Assembly: GCA_019058365.1 (NCBI GenBank)
Contig: JAHPZE010000001.1
Span: 256,001 to 320,000 of the forward strand
Direction of reading: 5' to 3'
DNA: 64,000 bases
Origin: Promethearchaeota archaeon
Lineage (GTDB): Archaea; Asgardarchaeota; Lokiarchaeia; Sigyniarchaeales; SOKP01
Positions 28,905 to 39,076 of this stretch are shown piece by piece. Every line of letters begins with the position of its first letter. Positions within the stretch are counted from its first letter, which is position 1. Made by a program: the position numbers and the translations under genes. The notes under the pieces are model-generated. The model did no database searches. It had not been told where the DNA came from and saw nothing but the letters and a program-made list of their open reading frames with translations.

Positions 28905-31310
28905 ATGATTTCAATAACTAATAGCTCATTAGGAAGAATACAGAAGTTAAAAAATAACCTCCTTGCAAGCAAGTATGAATTATGTATCGAACGTATGAGG
29001 TATTTTACTGAGATTTATAAAAAATATCCTAATGATCCAGAAATTATAAAAAGAGCAAAAGCTATAGCTCATACTCTAAAGAACATGACAATTTTCATTA
29101 GGAATAATGAATTACTAGTAGGGAATGAAACCAGCAAAAATTTAGGAGAAAAAATTAACTTAGATTTACTTAGATATGATAATAGTTTAGACAAACCTAG
29201 TATGTACAAAAAATTAGCGAGAAGAAAACTACAACCTTTTTTTATTGAAGATGATGAACGTGATGAGCTATTAGAGTTGATTCCTTTCTGGAAAGGAAAA
29301 TCTCTGGTTGCTGATAAAATTAATAAAAGACTCTTAAAAGAGGGATTAATTACGGGAACAGGAAAGATTGAATCACTAGCACCTAATATTGCCATACATC
29401 AAGGAACAACTGAAGGCCACATATGCGCGGGATACGAAAAGCTTTTGAAGTCAGGATATAAAGGTATTATAAAAGAAGCAGAATTCTATCAAAAACACCT
29501 CAATAAAAAGGACGATAATTTTCAAGACAAATACAATTTTTATGAAGCCATTAAAATTTACTATAATGCCACAATAGAATTATCTAAAAGATATTCGAAT
29601 CTAGCGTTAAATCTAGCTAAAAATGAAACAGACGATGCTAGAAAAGTTGAACTAGAAGTTATTAGTAAGATAATGCAAAAATTCACTGAAAATCCTCCAA
29701 ATACTTTCTATGAAGCTATACAACATATATGGTTTTCACAAAATGTAACAAATATTATATATCAACGTAGTGTTCTTGCTTTAGGTCGATTAGATCAACT
29801 TTTGTGGCCATATTATCAAAAAGACATCTCATCAAATAATTTATCGCGCAAATTTGCATTAGAATTAATAGAAGAGTTAAATTTAAAATTAACTTGGAAT
29901 TTAACCCTATTACCAACGGATTTTACAATGGTTGCTAACGCTCTCGGTCAAAATACTCAAACAATTACAATATCTGGCATGGATATTAATGGCCGAGATG
30001 CTACAAACGAACTCTCTTATCTCTTCCTCGAAGCTTATAAATCCATAAAAGTATTTACCACAGATTTATCAGTTAGAATTCATAAAAATACCCCAAAAGA
30101 ATTTTTTAAAGAGGCTATAAGAGTTTTCAGAACAACCTCGGGCATCGCATTTTATAATGATAATGTGCATATTCCTGCCTTAGTTAAAGCAGGATATTCA
30201 TTAGAAGATGCTCGTAATTATGTTATTATTGGATGTGTAGAACCCACAGGTCAAGGTAACAGCTTTTCTGCTACAGGTAGAATGTTTATGAACTTACCAG
30301 GAGTTTTAGAATTAGTTTTAAATAATGGTTATAGTAATTTATCAAAAATGGTAGATGGGTTACAAACTGGTGATCCAGCAACATTTTTGACGTTTGATAA
30401 ATTGTATGATGCTTTTAAACAACAACTACAATTTAATCTTGAAAAGTCAGTAAAAATAGCACAAATAGGAGATGAGGAAGCAATGAAATTTATGCAGCAT
30501 CCTTTTATTTCAGCCAGTTTGGAAGGATGTATGGAAAACGGAATAGATTATGTATGCGGAGGTGCTAAATATAATTTTTCTTCTATTACTGCATATGGTT
30601 TTGCGACATTAGTTGATTCATTATATAACATCAAAAAGGTTGTTTATGAAGAAAATTTAATGACTCTACCAGAGCTTATTGAGATACTAAACTCCAATTT
30701 TGAAGGGCAAGAAACACTGCTCCAAAGATTAAAAAATAAGTATGAAAAATGGGGAAATGATAATGAAGAAATCGATTCTTTTGCTAATGATCTATGGGAC
30801 TTATTTAGTACTGAAGTTGCAAAATATCAACCAATTAGAAGGGGACGATATAGTGCTGGAGCTTATTCAATGGGAATCCACGTAATGGAAGGTTTTTTTA
30901 CCCAACCAACAGCAGACGGTAGAAAAGCTATGGAACCAATCTCAAATAGTTTATCTCCGGTAAATAACGTGGAAAAAAAGGGACTTACAGCAATTCTTAA
31001 TTCAGTAGCAAAATTAGATTATAATTATGCTACTAATGGCATTGCTTTAAATATTCGAATCCATCCTCAAAATCTTTTGAGTGAGGAAACTTTGGATAAG
31101 TTTTATTATCTTTTAAAAGGATATTTTGAGAAGGGAGGGATGCAAGTACAACCAACAGCAGTTTCAACTGAAACTTTAAGGGAGGCTCAAAAGAATCCTG
31201 AAAAATTTCCTGATTTAATTGTAAAAGTTGGTGGATATAATGCAACTTTTATCGATCTCGGAACTCCGATTCAAAATGATATCATTGATAGATTAGAACA
31301 TAATCTATAA
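28905..31310 (+). CDS. Glycyl radical enzyme (PFL2/glycerol dehydratase superfamily), substrate unknown
   Basis: IKRAKA...ELLVG, GRLDQLLWPYY, Cys loop IGCVEP, KWGND, TADGRK, Gly loop LIVKVGGYN. Confidence 0.92.
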   Translation: MISITNSSLGRIQKLKNNLLASKYELCIERMRYFTEIYKKYPNDPEIIKRAKAIAHTLKNMTIFIRNNELLVGNETSKNLGEKINLDLLRYDNSLDKPSMYKKLARRKLQPFFIEDDERDELLELIPFWKGKSLVADKINKRLLKEGLITGTGKIESLAPNIAIHQGTTEGHICAGYEKLLKSGYKGIIKEAEFYQKHLNKKDDNFQDKYNFYEAIKIYYNATIELSKRYSNLALNLAKNETDDARKVELEVISKIMQKFTENPPNTFYEAIQHIWFSQNVTNIIYQRSVLALGRLDQLLWPYYQKDISSNNLSRKFALELIEELNLKLTWNLTLLPTDFTMVANALGQNTQTITISGMDINGRDATNELSYLFLEAYKSIKVFTTDLSVRIHKNTPKEFFKEAIRVFRTTSGIAFYNDNVHIPALVKAGYSLEDARNYVIIGCVEPTGQGNSFSATGRMFMNLPGVLELVLNNGYSNLSKMVDGLQTGDPATFLTFDKLYDAFKQQLQFNLEKSVKIAQIGDEEAMKFMQHPFISASLEGCMENGIDYVCGGAKYNFSSITAYGFATLVDSLYNIKKVVYEENLMTLPELIEILNSNFEGQETLLQRLKNKYEKWGNDNEEIDSFANDLWDLFSTEVAKYQPIRRGRYSAGAYSMGIHVMEGFFTQPTADGRKAMEPISNSLSPVNNVEKKGLTAILNSVAKLDYNYATNGIALNIRIHPQNLLSEETLDKFYYLLKGYFEKGGMQVQPTAVSTETLREAQKNPEKFPDLIVKVGGYNATFIDLGTPIQNDIIDRLEHNL

Positions 31311-31394
31311 CTTCTTAGACTAATAGGGTTAAAAAATTTGATGGATTTATTAATTTAAATTATTATTTTAATTAGAAAAGTAAAAAATACTTTA

Positions 31395-32546
31395 TTGGGA
31401 TATTTTATGACTGAAATTCATGGTTTTTGTAATGAAAAATTCAAACTCGTTAGGGAGGCTTTCTTAAAAAATTTTGAGGAAGGTTTAGAAGTTGGTGCCT
31501 CATTTTGTGTAACTTTAAATGGTAAATTTGTTATTGATATCTGGGCGGGGTATGCTAATGCTTCCAAAACGCAATCTTGGGAAAAAAATACGATAGTAAA
31601 TGTATTTTCAACAACCAAAATTATGACAGTAATTTGCACCCTTATGCTTGTGGATCAAGATCTTTTAGAACTCGATGCACCTGTTTCTAAATACTGGCCA
31701 GAATTTGCTCAAGGAGGAAAAGAATTATTACCTGTTCGATACCTTCTTAGTCATACCGCAGGACTTTCTGGATTCGATAAAACACCCCGAACTAAAGTCC
31801 TTTATAACTGGGAGAAAATTACAAACATGCTAGCAGCACAGAGGCCATGGTGGGAGCCTGGAACAAAAAGTGGTTATCATCTTGTAACTTTTGGTTACCT
31901 TTTGGGCGAATTAATACTTCGAATTACAGGGAAAACGGTTGGTACATTTTTTAAAGAAAATGTAGCTGGGCCTCTAAAAGCCGATTTTCATATCGGACTT
32001 CCTGAAGAATATGATCTAAGAATAGCAGAATTGATACCACCCCCACAAATTGATTTAAATCAACTTGGGAATATCGATCCTAAATCTATTGCTATGAGAT
32101 CATTAACTAGCGCAGCAAGTGTTACTGTTGAAGCAACAAAAACTAGAGCATGGCGTGCTGCTGAAATTCCTGCCGCAAATGGTCATGGGAATGCAAGATC
32201 TGTTGCAAGAATATCAGCTGCAATTGCATGTGGTGGAATACTTGATGATGTAGATTTACTTTCGTTAGAAACAATTGAAAAAGTGTTGGAAGAACAAGTT
32301 TATGGAACAGATTTAGTCTTGAATGTTCCAATACGTTTTGGTTTAGGTCTTGGACTTCAAAATAGGGAGCATCCTATTGGTCCAAATCAACGTATACTTT
32401 ACTGGGGTGGATGGGGTGGTTCAGTATGTGTAATGGATCTTGATGCTAAATTGAGCATCGCCTATGTAATGAATAAAATGAATCCCTCACTCACAGAAGA
32501 TATACGAAGTGCAAGGATTATTGATGCTTTATATAAATCATTGTAA
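31395..32546 (+). CDS. Serine hydrolase, beta-lactamase class C/EstA family
   Basis: FSTTK (SxxK), LLSHTAGL, PWWEPGTKSGYH, WGGWGG. Start probably the ATG at 31407. Confidence 0.92.
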   Translation: MGYFMTEIHGFCNEKFKLVREAFLKNFEEGLEVGASFCVTLNGKFVIDIWAGYANASKTQSWEKNTIVNVFSTTKIMTVICTLMLVDQDLLELDAPVSKYWPEFAQGGKELLPVRYLLSHTAGLSGFDKTPRTKVLYNWEKITNMLAAQRPWWEPGTKSGYHLVTFGYLLGELILRITGKTVGTFFKENVAGPLKADFHIGLPEEYDLRIAELIPPPQIDLNQLGNIDPKSIAMRSLTSAASVTVEATKTRAWRAAEIPAANGHGNARSVARISAAIACGGILDDVDLLSLETIEKVLEEQVYGTDLVLNVPIRFGLGLGLQNREHPIGPNQRILYWGGWGGSVCVMDLDAKLSIAYVMNKMNPSLTEDIRSARIIDALYKSL

Positions 32547-32550
32547 AGAG

Positions 32551-33198
32551 TTATTTTTTTTCAATTATATTTTGGTTTGAAAAATAGTAAATAGCATATG
32601 CAGTAAACCCACCAAAAAAAGCATTAATTACCATCCAAGGTAAACAGAAGTAAGCTACTCCTAGAAAGGTTCCAGGATCTGTAAATGATCCCGCTCCCCA
32701 CCCTACTTTATAAAAGAAACCAATGGCAATTATCGTTGTTATGAAATATGTAAGACTCATGACAACACCCGTAAGCCCTGCAACAAATTTTTCATTAATA
32801 GAGGTATTTTCTCTAAGTAATTTATATGAAATATCCCCAGAAAGCCCTGTCAATAAGCCAAAAATGCAGTATCCGATAACACACCAAAGACTAATTAATA
32901 CTTCTAATTCAAAATATGCTTCTACAAAAAAACCTATTACCGCATAAGGAATCCATATAAGAAATCCCATACCAAACTTTCTACTTTTTAAAATTGCGTA
33001 TACAACAATTAAACTACTAAAGTAAGAGATTATATATACATAGAACATGCCCATGCCATAATAAGGATCCAAAACACCAAATCCTTGAGTATCAGTTCCA
33101 GAGTAAAAATCCCAGAAAAAAACAGAGAAATTTAGTAATATCATCAATAAAAGACTATAAATTAGCCAAATCTTTATTAGTTCTTTATTATCCTTCAT
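32551..33198 (-). CDS. Multi-pass membrane protein (ECF S-component-like)
   Basis: About six hydrophobic helices in 215 aa; the family is only a guess. Confidence 0.6.
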   Translation of the reverse strand: MKDNKELIKIWLIYSLLLMILLNFSVFFWDFYSGTDTQGFGVLDPYYGMGMFYVYIISYFSSLIVVYAILKSRKFGMGFLIWIPYAVIGFFVEAYFELEVLISLWCVIGYCIFGLLTGLSGDISYKLLRENTSINEKFVAGLTGVVMSLTYFITTIIAIGFFYKVGWGAGSFTDPGTFLGVAYFCLPWMVINAFFGGFTAYAIYYFSNQNIIEKK

Positions 33199-33294
33199 AA
33201 TTAACTGTACAATTTTTATTGATTACTAATATTTAGCTTTATTATATTTATATGATTAAGATAGACCATTTGTTATTAATTTAAATGATATAAT

Positions 33295-33798
33295 TTGCCA
33301 AATTGTTTTTATTGTAATATTGGTATTGGAGATCTGCCATATAGATGTAAATTTTGTGGTATGGTTTTTTGTAATAAGCATAGGCTCCCAGAAAATCATG
33401 AATGTCCTTTTGACTTAAGAAAAAAGGATTTTTCTATAAATACTTTAGATCAACCTCTATACCAAGATGCTCTGGAATATATGAATAAAGAATTGACAGT
33501 AGCTAAAATATATGATTATGTTACTACTAACTCAATTACAAAAGCCGAAGCTGTTGAATTATTAAAATATTTTATAGAGAATAGTGAAAATAGTGAAATT
33601 AGAAAGATTAGTATCCTCGCATTTAAGGTTTTAGAACTTAAAAGCAATAGAGCATATAATGCTCTCGAAAGTTGTTTTCTTTCAGATGAAGATCCCGAGG
33701 TCAAGAAAATTGCTGAAATAGTAATCTCTTACAATTTTCCAGAGAAAAGCAAAGACTTATTGGATTGGATTAGAAGACTTAATAAAAATTTGAAATAG
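33295..33798 (+). CDS. AN1-type zinc finger + HEAT-repeat protein
   Basis: CFYC...LPYRCKFCGMVFCNKHRLPENHEC is the AN1 consensus; C-terminal HEAT-like DEDPEVKKIA. Confidence 0.85.
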   Translation: MPNCFYCNIGIGDLPYRCKFCGMVFCNKHRLPENHECPFDLRKKDFSINTLDQPLYQDALEYMNKELTVAKIYDYVTTNSITKAEAVELLKYFIENSENSEIRKISILAFKVLELKSNRAYNALESCFLSDEDPEVKKIAEIVISYNFPEKSKDLLDWIRRLNKNLK

Positions 33799-33887
33799 TA
33801 ATTTAATAAGTGAAAGGACAATTTAACAAGAAAGAAGAGAAAAAAAAGAAATATTAAATTATCTTTTCTTTATATTTTTTTTTAAGC

Positions 33888-35171
33888 TTATATAGCAGAA
33901 CTAAATACAGTTTCTTCAAATGTTTTTTTTTTATTATTGTTATTTACTCGAGTGTGAGCAATCCACCATAGTATTAGAGTAATTATCATTCCTATAATTG
34001 AAAAGGAAAGAAACAAGTTTGATACTCCTATTATCTCAGATAAAGGTCCTGCTATTATAGTTGCAATGGGAGTTATTGCTGATGAGATCGCCCAATCAAG
34101 GGAAGAAAGCCGTCCCATTTTATCTGCTGGAACTTTTAATTGCATTATTGTTAAATAAATTGTATTAAGGATTGGAATAGTTATACCTGTAATACCAACT
34201 ACAATACCCATCATTAAAAATAATCGAAATGGAGTTATGGCAACAATTCCACTATTCATCATTAAGATAAATTCAAGTCCAAAGTAGATGAAAAGAGCAT
34301 GTTTCCACTCTTTTTTTATGGTAGTTAATAATGCACCTAAAAGCATACCTCCATTCATAAAAGCTAAAAGAAATGCTAAATTTGAAGGATCACCTGAATG
34401 GTTATATCTAATGAAATATGGCATTAATATATTAAATGGAGTTAATAGAAAATTAATAAACATTGATATTAAAAGCATCATAAAAACTAAAGGAATTGAT
34501 TTCAATGTACGAAATCCAATTTTGAAATCTTCTAGAAATGAATTCTTTTCAATATTTGCGTCTTCCCTCTTAATTTTAGGAATTTTAATTACTAACAACG
34601 GAATAAGAGCAATGATAAAAGTTAGTGGATCAATCCAAAGTATGGTTTTAAGTGGCATAAATGAGAACATCAAAGCACCTATTACTGGCCCCATGATTTG
34701 AATGAAACTTCTAAAAAAAAAATTTACCCCATTCATTCTACTTAATTTTTCCTTCGGTACCATTGTTGGAACAATCGCACTTACCGTTGGGATATGAAAA
34801 CCTTGAAAGATTCCTAGCAGACTCATTATCGCAACAATTAATATCAGATTTTGCCCTCCAATGTTAAAGATTATTATTACCAGAAGCATTACATATGCTT
34901 GGAGCGAATCTACTACCACAATAAGGGTTTTTCGATTCCATTTATCAATTACTACACCAGATAAAGCAACAACAATTGTCATTGGTAAGACATATAAGAA
35001 ACTTGCTAATGAAAGAAGAATTGTGCTCCCTGTTGTATCAGTTATCCACCAAATAATAGCAAATTGTGAAATTGATGATCCTAATACTGAAAAAAGTTGT
35101 CCGATCCAAAAAACGATATAATTCTTAAAGGTATGGTTATTTGCTAATTCTTCTGTTATTTTCTTCACCAT
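33888..35171 (-). CDS. MFS transporter (DHA3/MefA-like)
   Basis: WIGQLFSVLGS, GVVIDKWNRK, PTMVPKEKLSRMNG, about 12 TM. Confidence 0.9.
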   Translation of the reverse strand: MVKKITEELANNHTFKNYIVFWIGQLFSVLGSSISQFAIIWWITDTTGSTILLSLASFLYVLPMTIVVALSGVVIDKWNRKTLIVVVDSLQAYVMLLVIIIFNIGGQNLILIVAIMSLLGIFQGFHIPTVSAIVPTMVPKEKLSRMNGVNFFFRSFIQIMGPVIGALMFSFMPLKTILWIDPLTFIIALIPLLVIKIPKIKREDANIEKNSFLEDFKIGFRTLKSIPLVFMMLLISMFINFLLTPFNILMPYFIRYNHSGDPSNLAFLLAFMNGGMLLGALLTTIKKEWKHALFIYFGLEFILMMNSGIVAITPFRLFLMMGIVVGITGITIPILNTIYLTIMQLKVPADKMGRLSSLDWAISSAITPIATIIAGPLSEIIGVSNLFLSFSIIGMIITLILWWIAHTRVNNNNKKKTFEETVFSSAI

Positions 35172-35204
35172 CTTTTATTAGGGTTTAAAAAAAAAAGATA
35201 GAAA

Positions 35205-36491
35205 TTAGATTGAAATTTTCTCTATATTATCATTAATCTCTTCGAGTGCTCTTCTACTATCAATATCAATTTTCCTAATACCCGTAAAGCTCCAAAAACC
35301 TACGGTAACTATGACTCCGAGGAATCCACAGTAAAAAAACAAAGATGGAATACCTAATATTACTGCTAATGGCCCCGCTGCTAATGATCCAATAGGCGAT
35401 ATCACTGAAGATAAAGCTTGGTCAATTGAGCTTACTCTACCCAATTTATCAGAAGGTACTGTAGTTTGTAAAAAAGTCTGATAAAGGGAATTAATTATCG
35501 GTAAATTGAATCCCAGAATAACACCACCCAAAATTATAATGTAATAGTTTCCTACAGGTGCCAATGCGAAAATCATGTATCCCACCAAGGCTATTACAAG
35601 ACTAATAAAAATGACTTTAAGTTTATTACCCCAATTCTTCTTAATTGTGGTCACTAGAGCTCCAATAATCATACCTCCTGTAAAAGCCATTTCAGTGAGT
35701 GCTAAATGCCCTACTTCCCCTCCATGAACATCTAAGATGAATAAAGGCATTAGTGCATTGACAGGTTGGATTAAGAAATTAAGTAGCATAGATAAAATTA
35801 CCATTATGACTAAACCCGGAATTAATTTTAATGTTTTAAAACCTAATCTAAACTCTCTAATAAAGGAACTTTTTTCAACATTTCTTTCAGTATGATTAAT
35901 TTGATTAACTGAAGGAATAGTTATCAATAGTAATGGTACTAAAGCAATGAAGAATGTTATAATGTCTATCCAGAAAATCATATACACTGATAAAAATACT
36001 AATAACATTGCCCCTATAAATGGTGCTAAAAGTTGAACTACACCTGTAAATAAAAAGTTAACTCCATTAATTCGTGATAATTTATCTTTAGGAACCATTG
36101 TTGGAATTATAGCATTGACAGTAGGTACATGGAACGCCTGAAAAGCACTGCGTAAACTGATAAAGATATAAACAATCCAAAGATTTATTATCCCGAATTG
36201 AAAGAAAAGTATCAATGCAAAGGTAACAAATGCCTGTAAAGAATCTGCAATTAAAATCAACATTTTTCGATTAATCCTATCCGCAAAAACTCCTGCTAAA
36301 GGCATACAAACAGTCATCGTTAGCACATATAAAAATGAAGCAAAAGCACTTATCATAGGATTCTTGTAAACATCTGCAATCCAAAACGTTATTACAAAAA
36401 ATACCACTGTCGAACCTAATAAAGAGAATAATTGACCTATCCAAAAGAACAAATAATTTCTAAATGTTTCCCTATTCGCATATTCTTGCAT
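35205..36491 (-). CDS. MFS transporter (DHA3/MefA-like)
   Basis: WIGQLFSLLGS, GVFADRINRK, PTMVPKDKLSRING. Confidence 0.9.
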   Translation of the reverse strand: MQEYANRETFRNYLFFWIGQLFSLLGSTVVFFVITFWIADVYKNPMISAFASFLYVLTMTVCMPLAGVFADRINRKMLILIADSLQAFVTFALILFFQFGIINLWIVYIFISLRSAFQAFHVPTVNAIIPTMVPKDKLSRINGVNFLFTGVVQLLAPFIGAMLLVFLSVYMIFWIDIITFFIALVPLLLITIPSVNQINHTERNVEKSSFIREFRLGFKTLKLIPGLVIMVILSMLLNFLIQPVNALMPLFILDVHGGEVGHLALTEMAFTGGMIIGALVTTIKKNWGNKLKVIFISLVIALVGYMIFALAPVGNYYIIILGGVILGFNLPIINSLYQTFLQTTVPSDKLGRVSSIDQALSSVISPIGSLAAGPLAVILGIPSLFFYCGFLGVIVTVGFWSFTGIRKIDIDSRRALEEINDNIEKISI

Positions 36492-36528
36492 TCTATTTCC
36501 CCTAATTTTCTAATTTTTTACATTTTTT

Positions 36529-37797
36529 TTAAATTTCTTCATTTACGTTATTGCTATTGCCATTAATGTCTTTATCATAATCCACGTGTCGAAGCCCTGT
36601 GAACATATAAGCGAAGATTGATGTAAGTATCCCTAATATTGCACAATAAAAATATAACCATGATACACCAAAAATCTCACTTAAAGGCCCAGAGATAATC
36701 GCTCCTATAGGTGAAGCAACCATGACAAGTGTATTCAGAATAGAAAAAACTCTACCCATTTTATCTTTAGGGATTGTTTTTTGCACAACCGTTAGTACTA
36801 TTGTATTTACAACTGGTAAAAATAAACCAAGTATAAATGCTCCTGAACCCATCACTGGAAAAGCTCCAATAGGAGCAATAGCATACATTAAATATCCTAT
36901 ATTTATAGTAATTATTCCAATAAACATAGTTCTAATTGAATTATTCCACTTCTTTTTAAATGAAGGGATTAGGGCACCCACAATCATACCACCCTGCAAA
37001 ATCATTTCCAATAAAGCTAGTATAAAATTATTTCCACTGTGGACTACTTTTATAAAATAAGGCATAAGTACCGTAAAGGGTTGAATTAACATATTTAATA
37101 ACATTGCAATAAATATAATTGTCATTAACCCTGGGAAATTTCGAATTACTGCAAAACCTTCCCTCATATCCTTTATAAATGAATTCTTTTTACTTTGTTC
37201 TAGATTAATACAAACACTAGGAATTTTAATTAGCAACAATGGAATCAAAGCAATGAAGTAGGTAATTACATCAGCCCATAATACAATTTGTATCGGAAAA
37301 AATAATAATAAAGTTGCCCCGATTGCTGGTCCTATCAATTGAATAAGCCCCGTAAAAAAATAGTTAATACCATTTATTCTTCCCAATTTATCCTTAGGAA
37401 CCATTGAAGGCATTATTGCCCCTACCGTTGGAGAATGAAATGACTGAAATACACTCCTAATACCTATAAATATAAACACAATCCATACTTCAGCAGCTTT
37501 GAATATAAAAATTAAAGTCAAAATGAATGTAAAAAATGCCTGTAAAGAATCTGCAATTATAATTATTGTTTTTCGATTATGCCGATCTGATATTACGCCT
37601 GCAAAAGGGGTTATAATTAACATTGGAATCAAGAAAATAAAATTCCCTAAAGCCAACATTGATGCGCTTCCAGTTACGTCTGTAATCCATATGAATATTA
37701 CAAAAAAGACCACTAATGACCCTAACAATGAAAATAACTGCCCTGACCAAAAAAAGATATAACTCCTAAATGTATACTCATTTGCTAATTCTGCCAT
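36529..37797 (-). CDS. MFS transporter (DHA3/MefA-like)
   Basis: WSGQLFSLLGS, GVISDRHNRK, PSMVPKDKLGRING. Confidence 0.9.
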   Translation of the reverse strand: MAELANEYTFRSYIFFWSGQLFSLLGSLVVFFVIFIWITDVTGSASMLALGNFIFLIPMLIITPFAGVISDRHNRKTIIIIADSLQAFFTFILTLIFIFKAAEVWIVFIFIGIRSVFQSFHSPTVGAIMPSMVPKDKLGRINGINYFFTGLIQLIGPAIGATLLLFFPIQIVLWADVITYFIALIPLLLIKIPSVCINLEQSKKNSFIKDMREGFAVIRNFPGLMTIIFIAMLLNMLIQPFTVLMPYFIKVVHSGNNFILALLEMILQGGMIVGALIPSFKKKWNNSIRTMFIGIITINIGYLMYAIAPIGAFPVMGSGAFILGLFLPVVNTIVLTVVQKTIPKDKMGRVFSILNTLVMVASPIGAIISGPLSEIFGVSWLYFYCAILGILTSIFAYMFTGLRHVDYDKDINGNSNNVNEEI

Positions 37798-37872
37798 AAA
37801 TATTCCCTAATTCCCTAATTATTTTAGAAAAAATTCCACTTTTTTAATTTTCAGATTTTAAATTTTCAGATT

Positions 37873-38982
37873 TTAAATTTTCCATTTTCCGTCTTCATAA
37901 ATTATTTTATCATCAGCTAAAATTTTAGAGCCTGGGACAGTCATATCCTTTAGTATATCCCAATGTATCCCGCTTTTATTTTTTGAGCCAGCCTCTTCAA
38001 TTCCAGAACCAAGTGCGCAATGAATCGTACCCCCCATTTTTTCATCGAAAAGCATATTTTTTGTAAATCGAGTAATACCATAATTCGTCCCTATTGCAAA
38101 TTCACCTATTATATTAGCATTTTCTATTTTTAATATTTCTTTTAAAAATTCTCCTCCCTTTTCTGCTGAGGATTTTATTACCTTACCCTCTTTAAATTCC
38201 AAATATATATTTTGGATTTCTTTTCCTTGAAATATACCCGGATATGTAAATCTAATGTGACCATTAACAGAATCTTCTACTGGTGCGGTTAATACTTCAC
38301 CATCGGGCAGATTTAGATGGCCACATTCATTTATCCATAATCTTCCTTTAACTGACATTCTTAGATCAGTGTCCTCTCCAATTACTTGGATTTTTTCGGT
38401 ATCTTTTAAGTGTTTACAGATCTTATCCTGTCTTTTATCCATCTCTAACCATTCTTTAACCGGATCTTCCTTATCTAAAAATAAGGCCTTCTCTATGAAA
38501 TCAAAATAAGAAGAGAGATCCACATTTGCTTCTTGAGCAAATGCATTGCATGGAAATGGCAATGCTAAATATTTTAGGTCTTTAGTACCTATTCTCTTCA
38601 TTAAAATACCCCAAAGTTCCCTATTTGCTGGTGATCCTTGAACTTTTCCTAGTAATTTTGGATCAACCATACTCATTTTTCGAGTATTATAATCTCCAGA
38701 TATTTCTATATGAGAATCAAATTCTTGAACTATTGATTTAAATATAGGATCTACATAAACTAATTGTTCTTCAGAAGCATATTTTAATTTTAGTTCTTGA
38801 ATTCCTTCAATTCTCACATCAAGAAAAGGATAGCCTCCAGCTTTAATGATTTCGATATATAAAGCCTGGAAAAGCTCTTTTGCTAATGTATATCCATTAA
38901 TAGAGACTCTTTCTCCCTTCTTTATGTTAACAGAATAATTTACTGCTAATTTGGCTAACTTTTCATAAAATGGATTAATCAT
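37873..38982 (-). CDS. M29 aminopeptidase (AmpS/AmpT)
   Basis: NLPDGEV, GEFAIGTN, LFDEKMGGTIHCALG, NKSGIHWD. Confidence 0.93.
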   Translation of the reverse strand: MINPFYEKLAKLAVNYSVNIKKGERVSINGYTLAKELFQALYIEIIKAGGYPFLDVRIEGIQELKLKYASEEQLVYVDPIFKSIVQEFDSHIEISGDYNTRKMSMVDPKLLGKVQGSPANRELWGILMKRIGTKDLKYLALPFPCNAFAQEANVDLSSYFDFIEKALFLDKEDPVKEWLEMDKRQDKICKHLKDTEKIQVIGEDTDLRMSVKGRLWINECGHLNLPDGEVLTAPVEDSVNGHIRFTYPGIFQGKEIQNIYLEFKEGKVIKSSAEKGGEFLKEILKIENANIIGEFAIGTNYGITRFTKNMLFDEKMGGTIHCALGSGIEEAGSKNKSGIHWDILKDMTVPGSKILADDKIIYEDGKWKI

Positions 38983-39076
38983 TTTGTGTTTTAACCTCTT
39001 ATTATAATATTTTTTTTAATTAATTTATTCAATTTTGACATGAACTATTTTTTATCTGTTCTTTTTATTATTTAAC

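Noticed and set aside
37846-37882. 15-nt tandem repeat AATTTTCAGATTTTA (2.5 copies)
   Set aside because: A local slippage duplication of the aminopeptidase stop region; no spacers, so not a CRISPR array.
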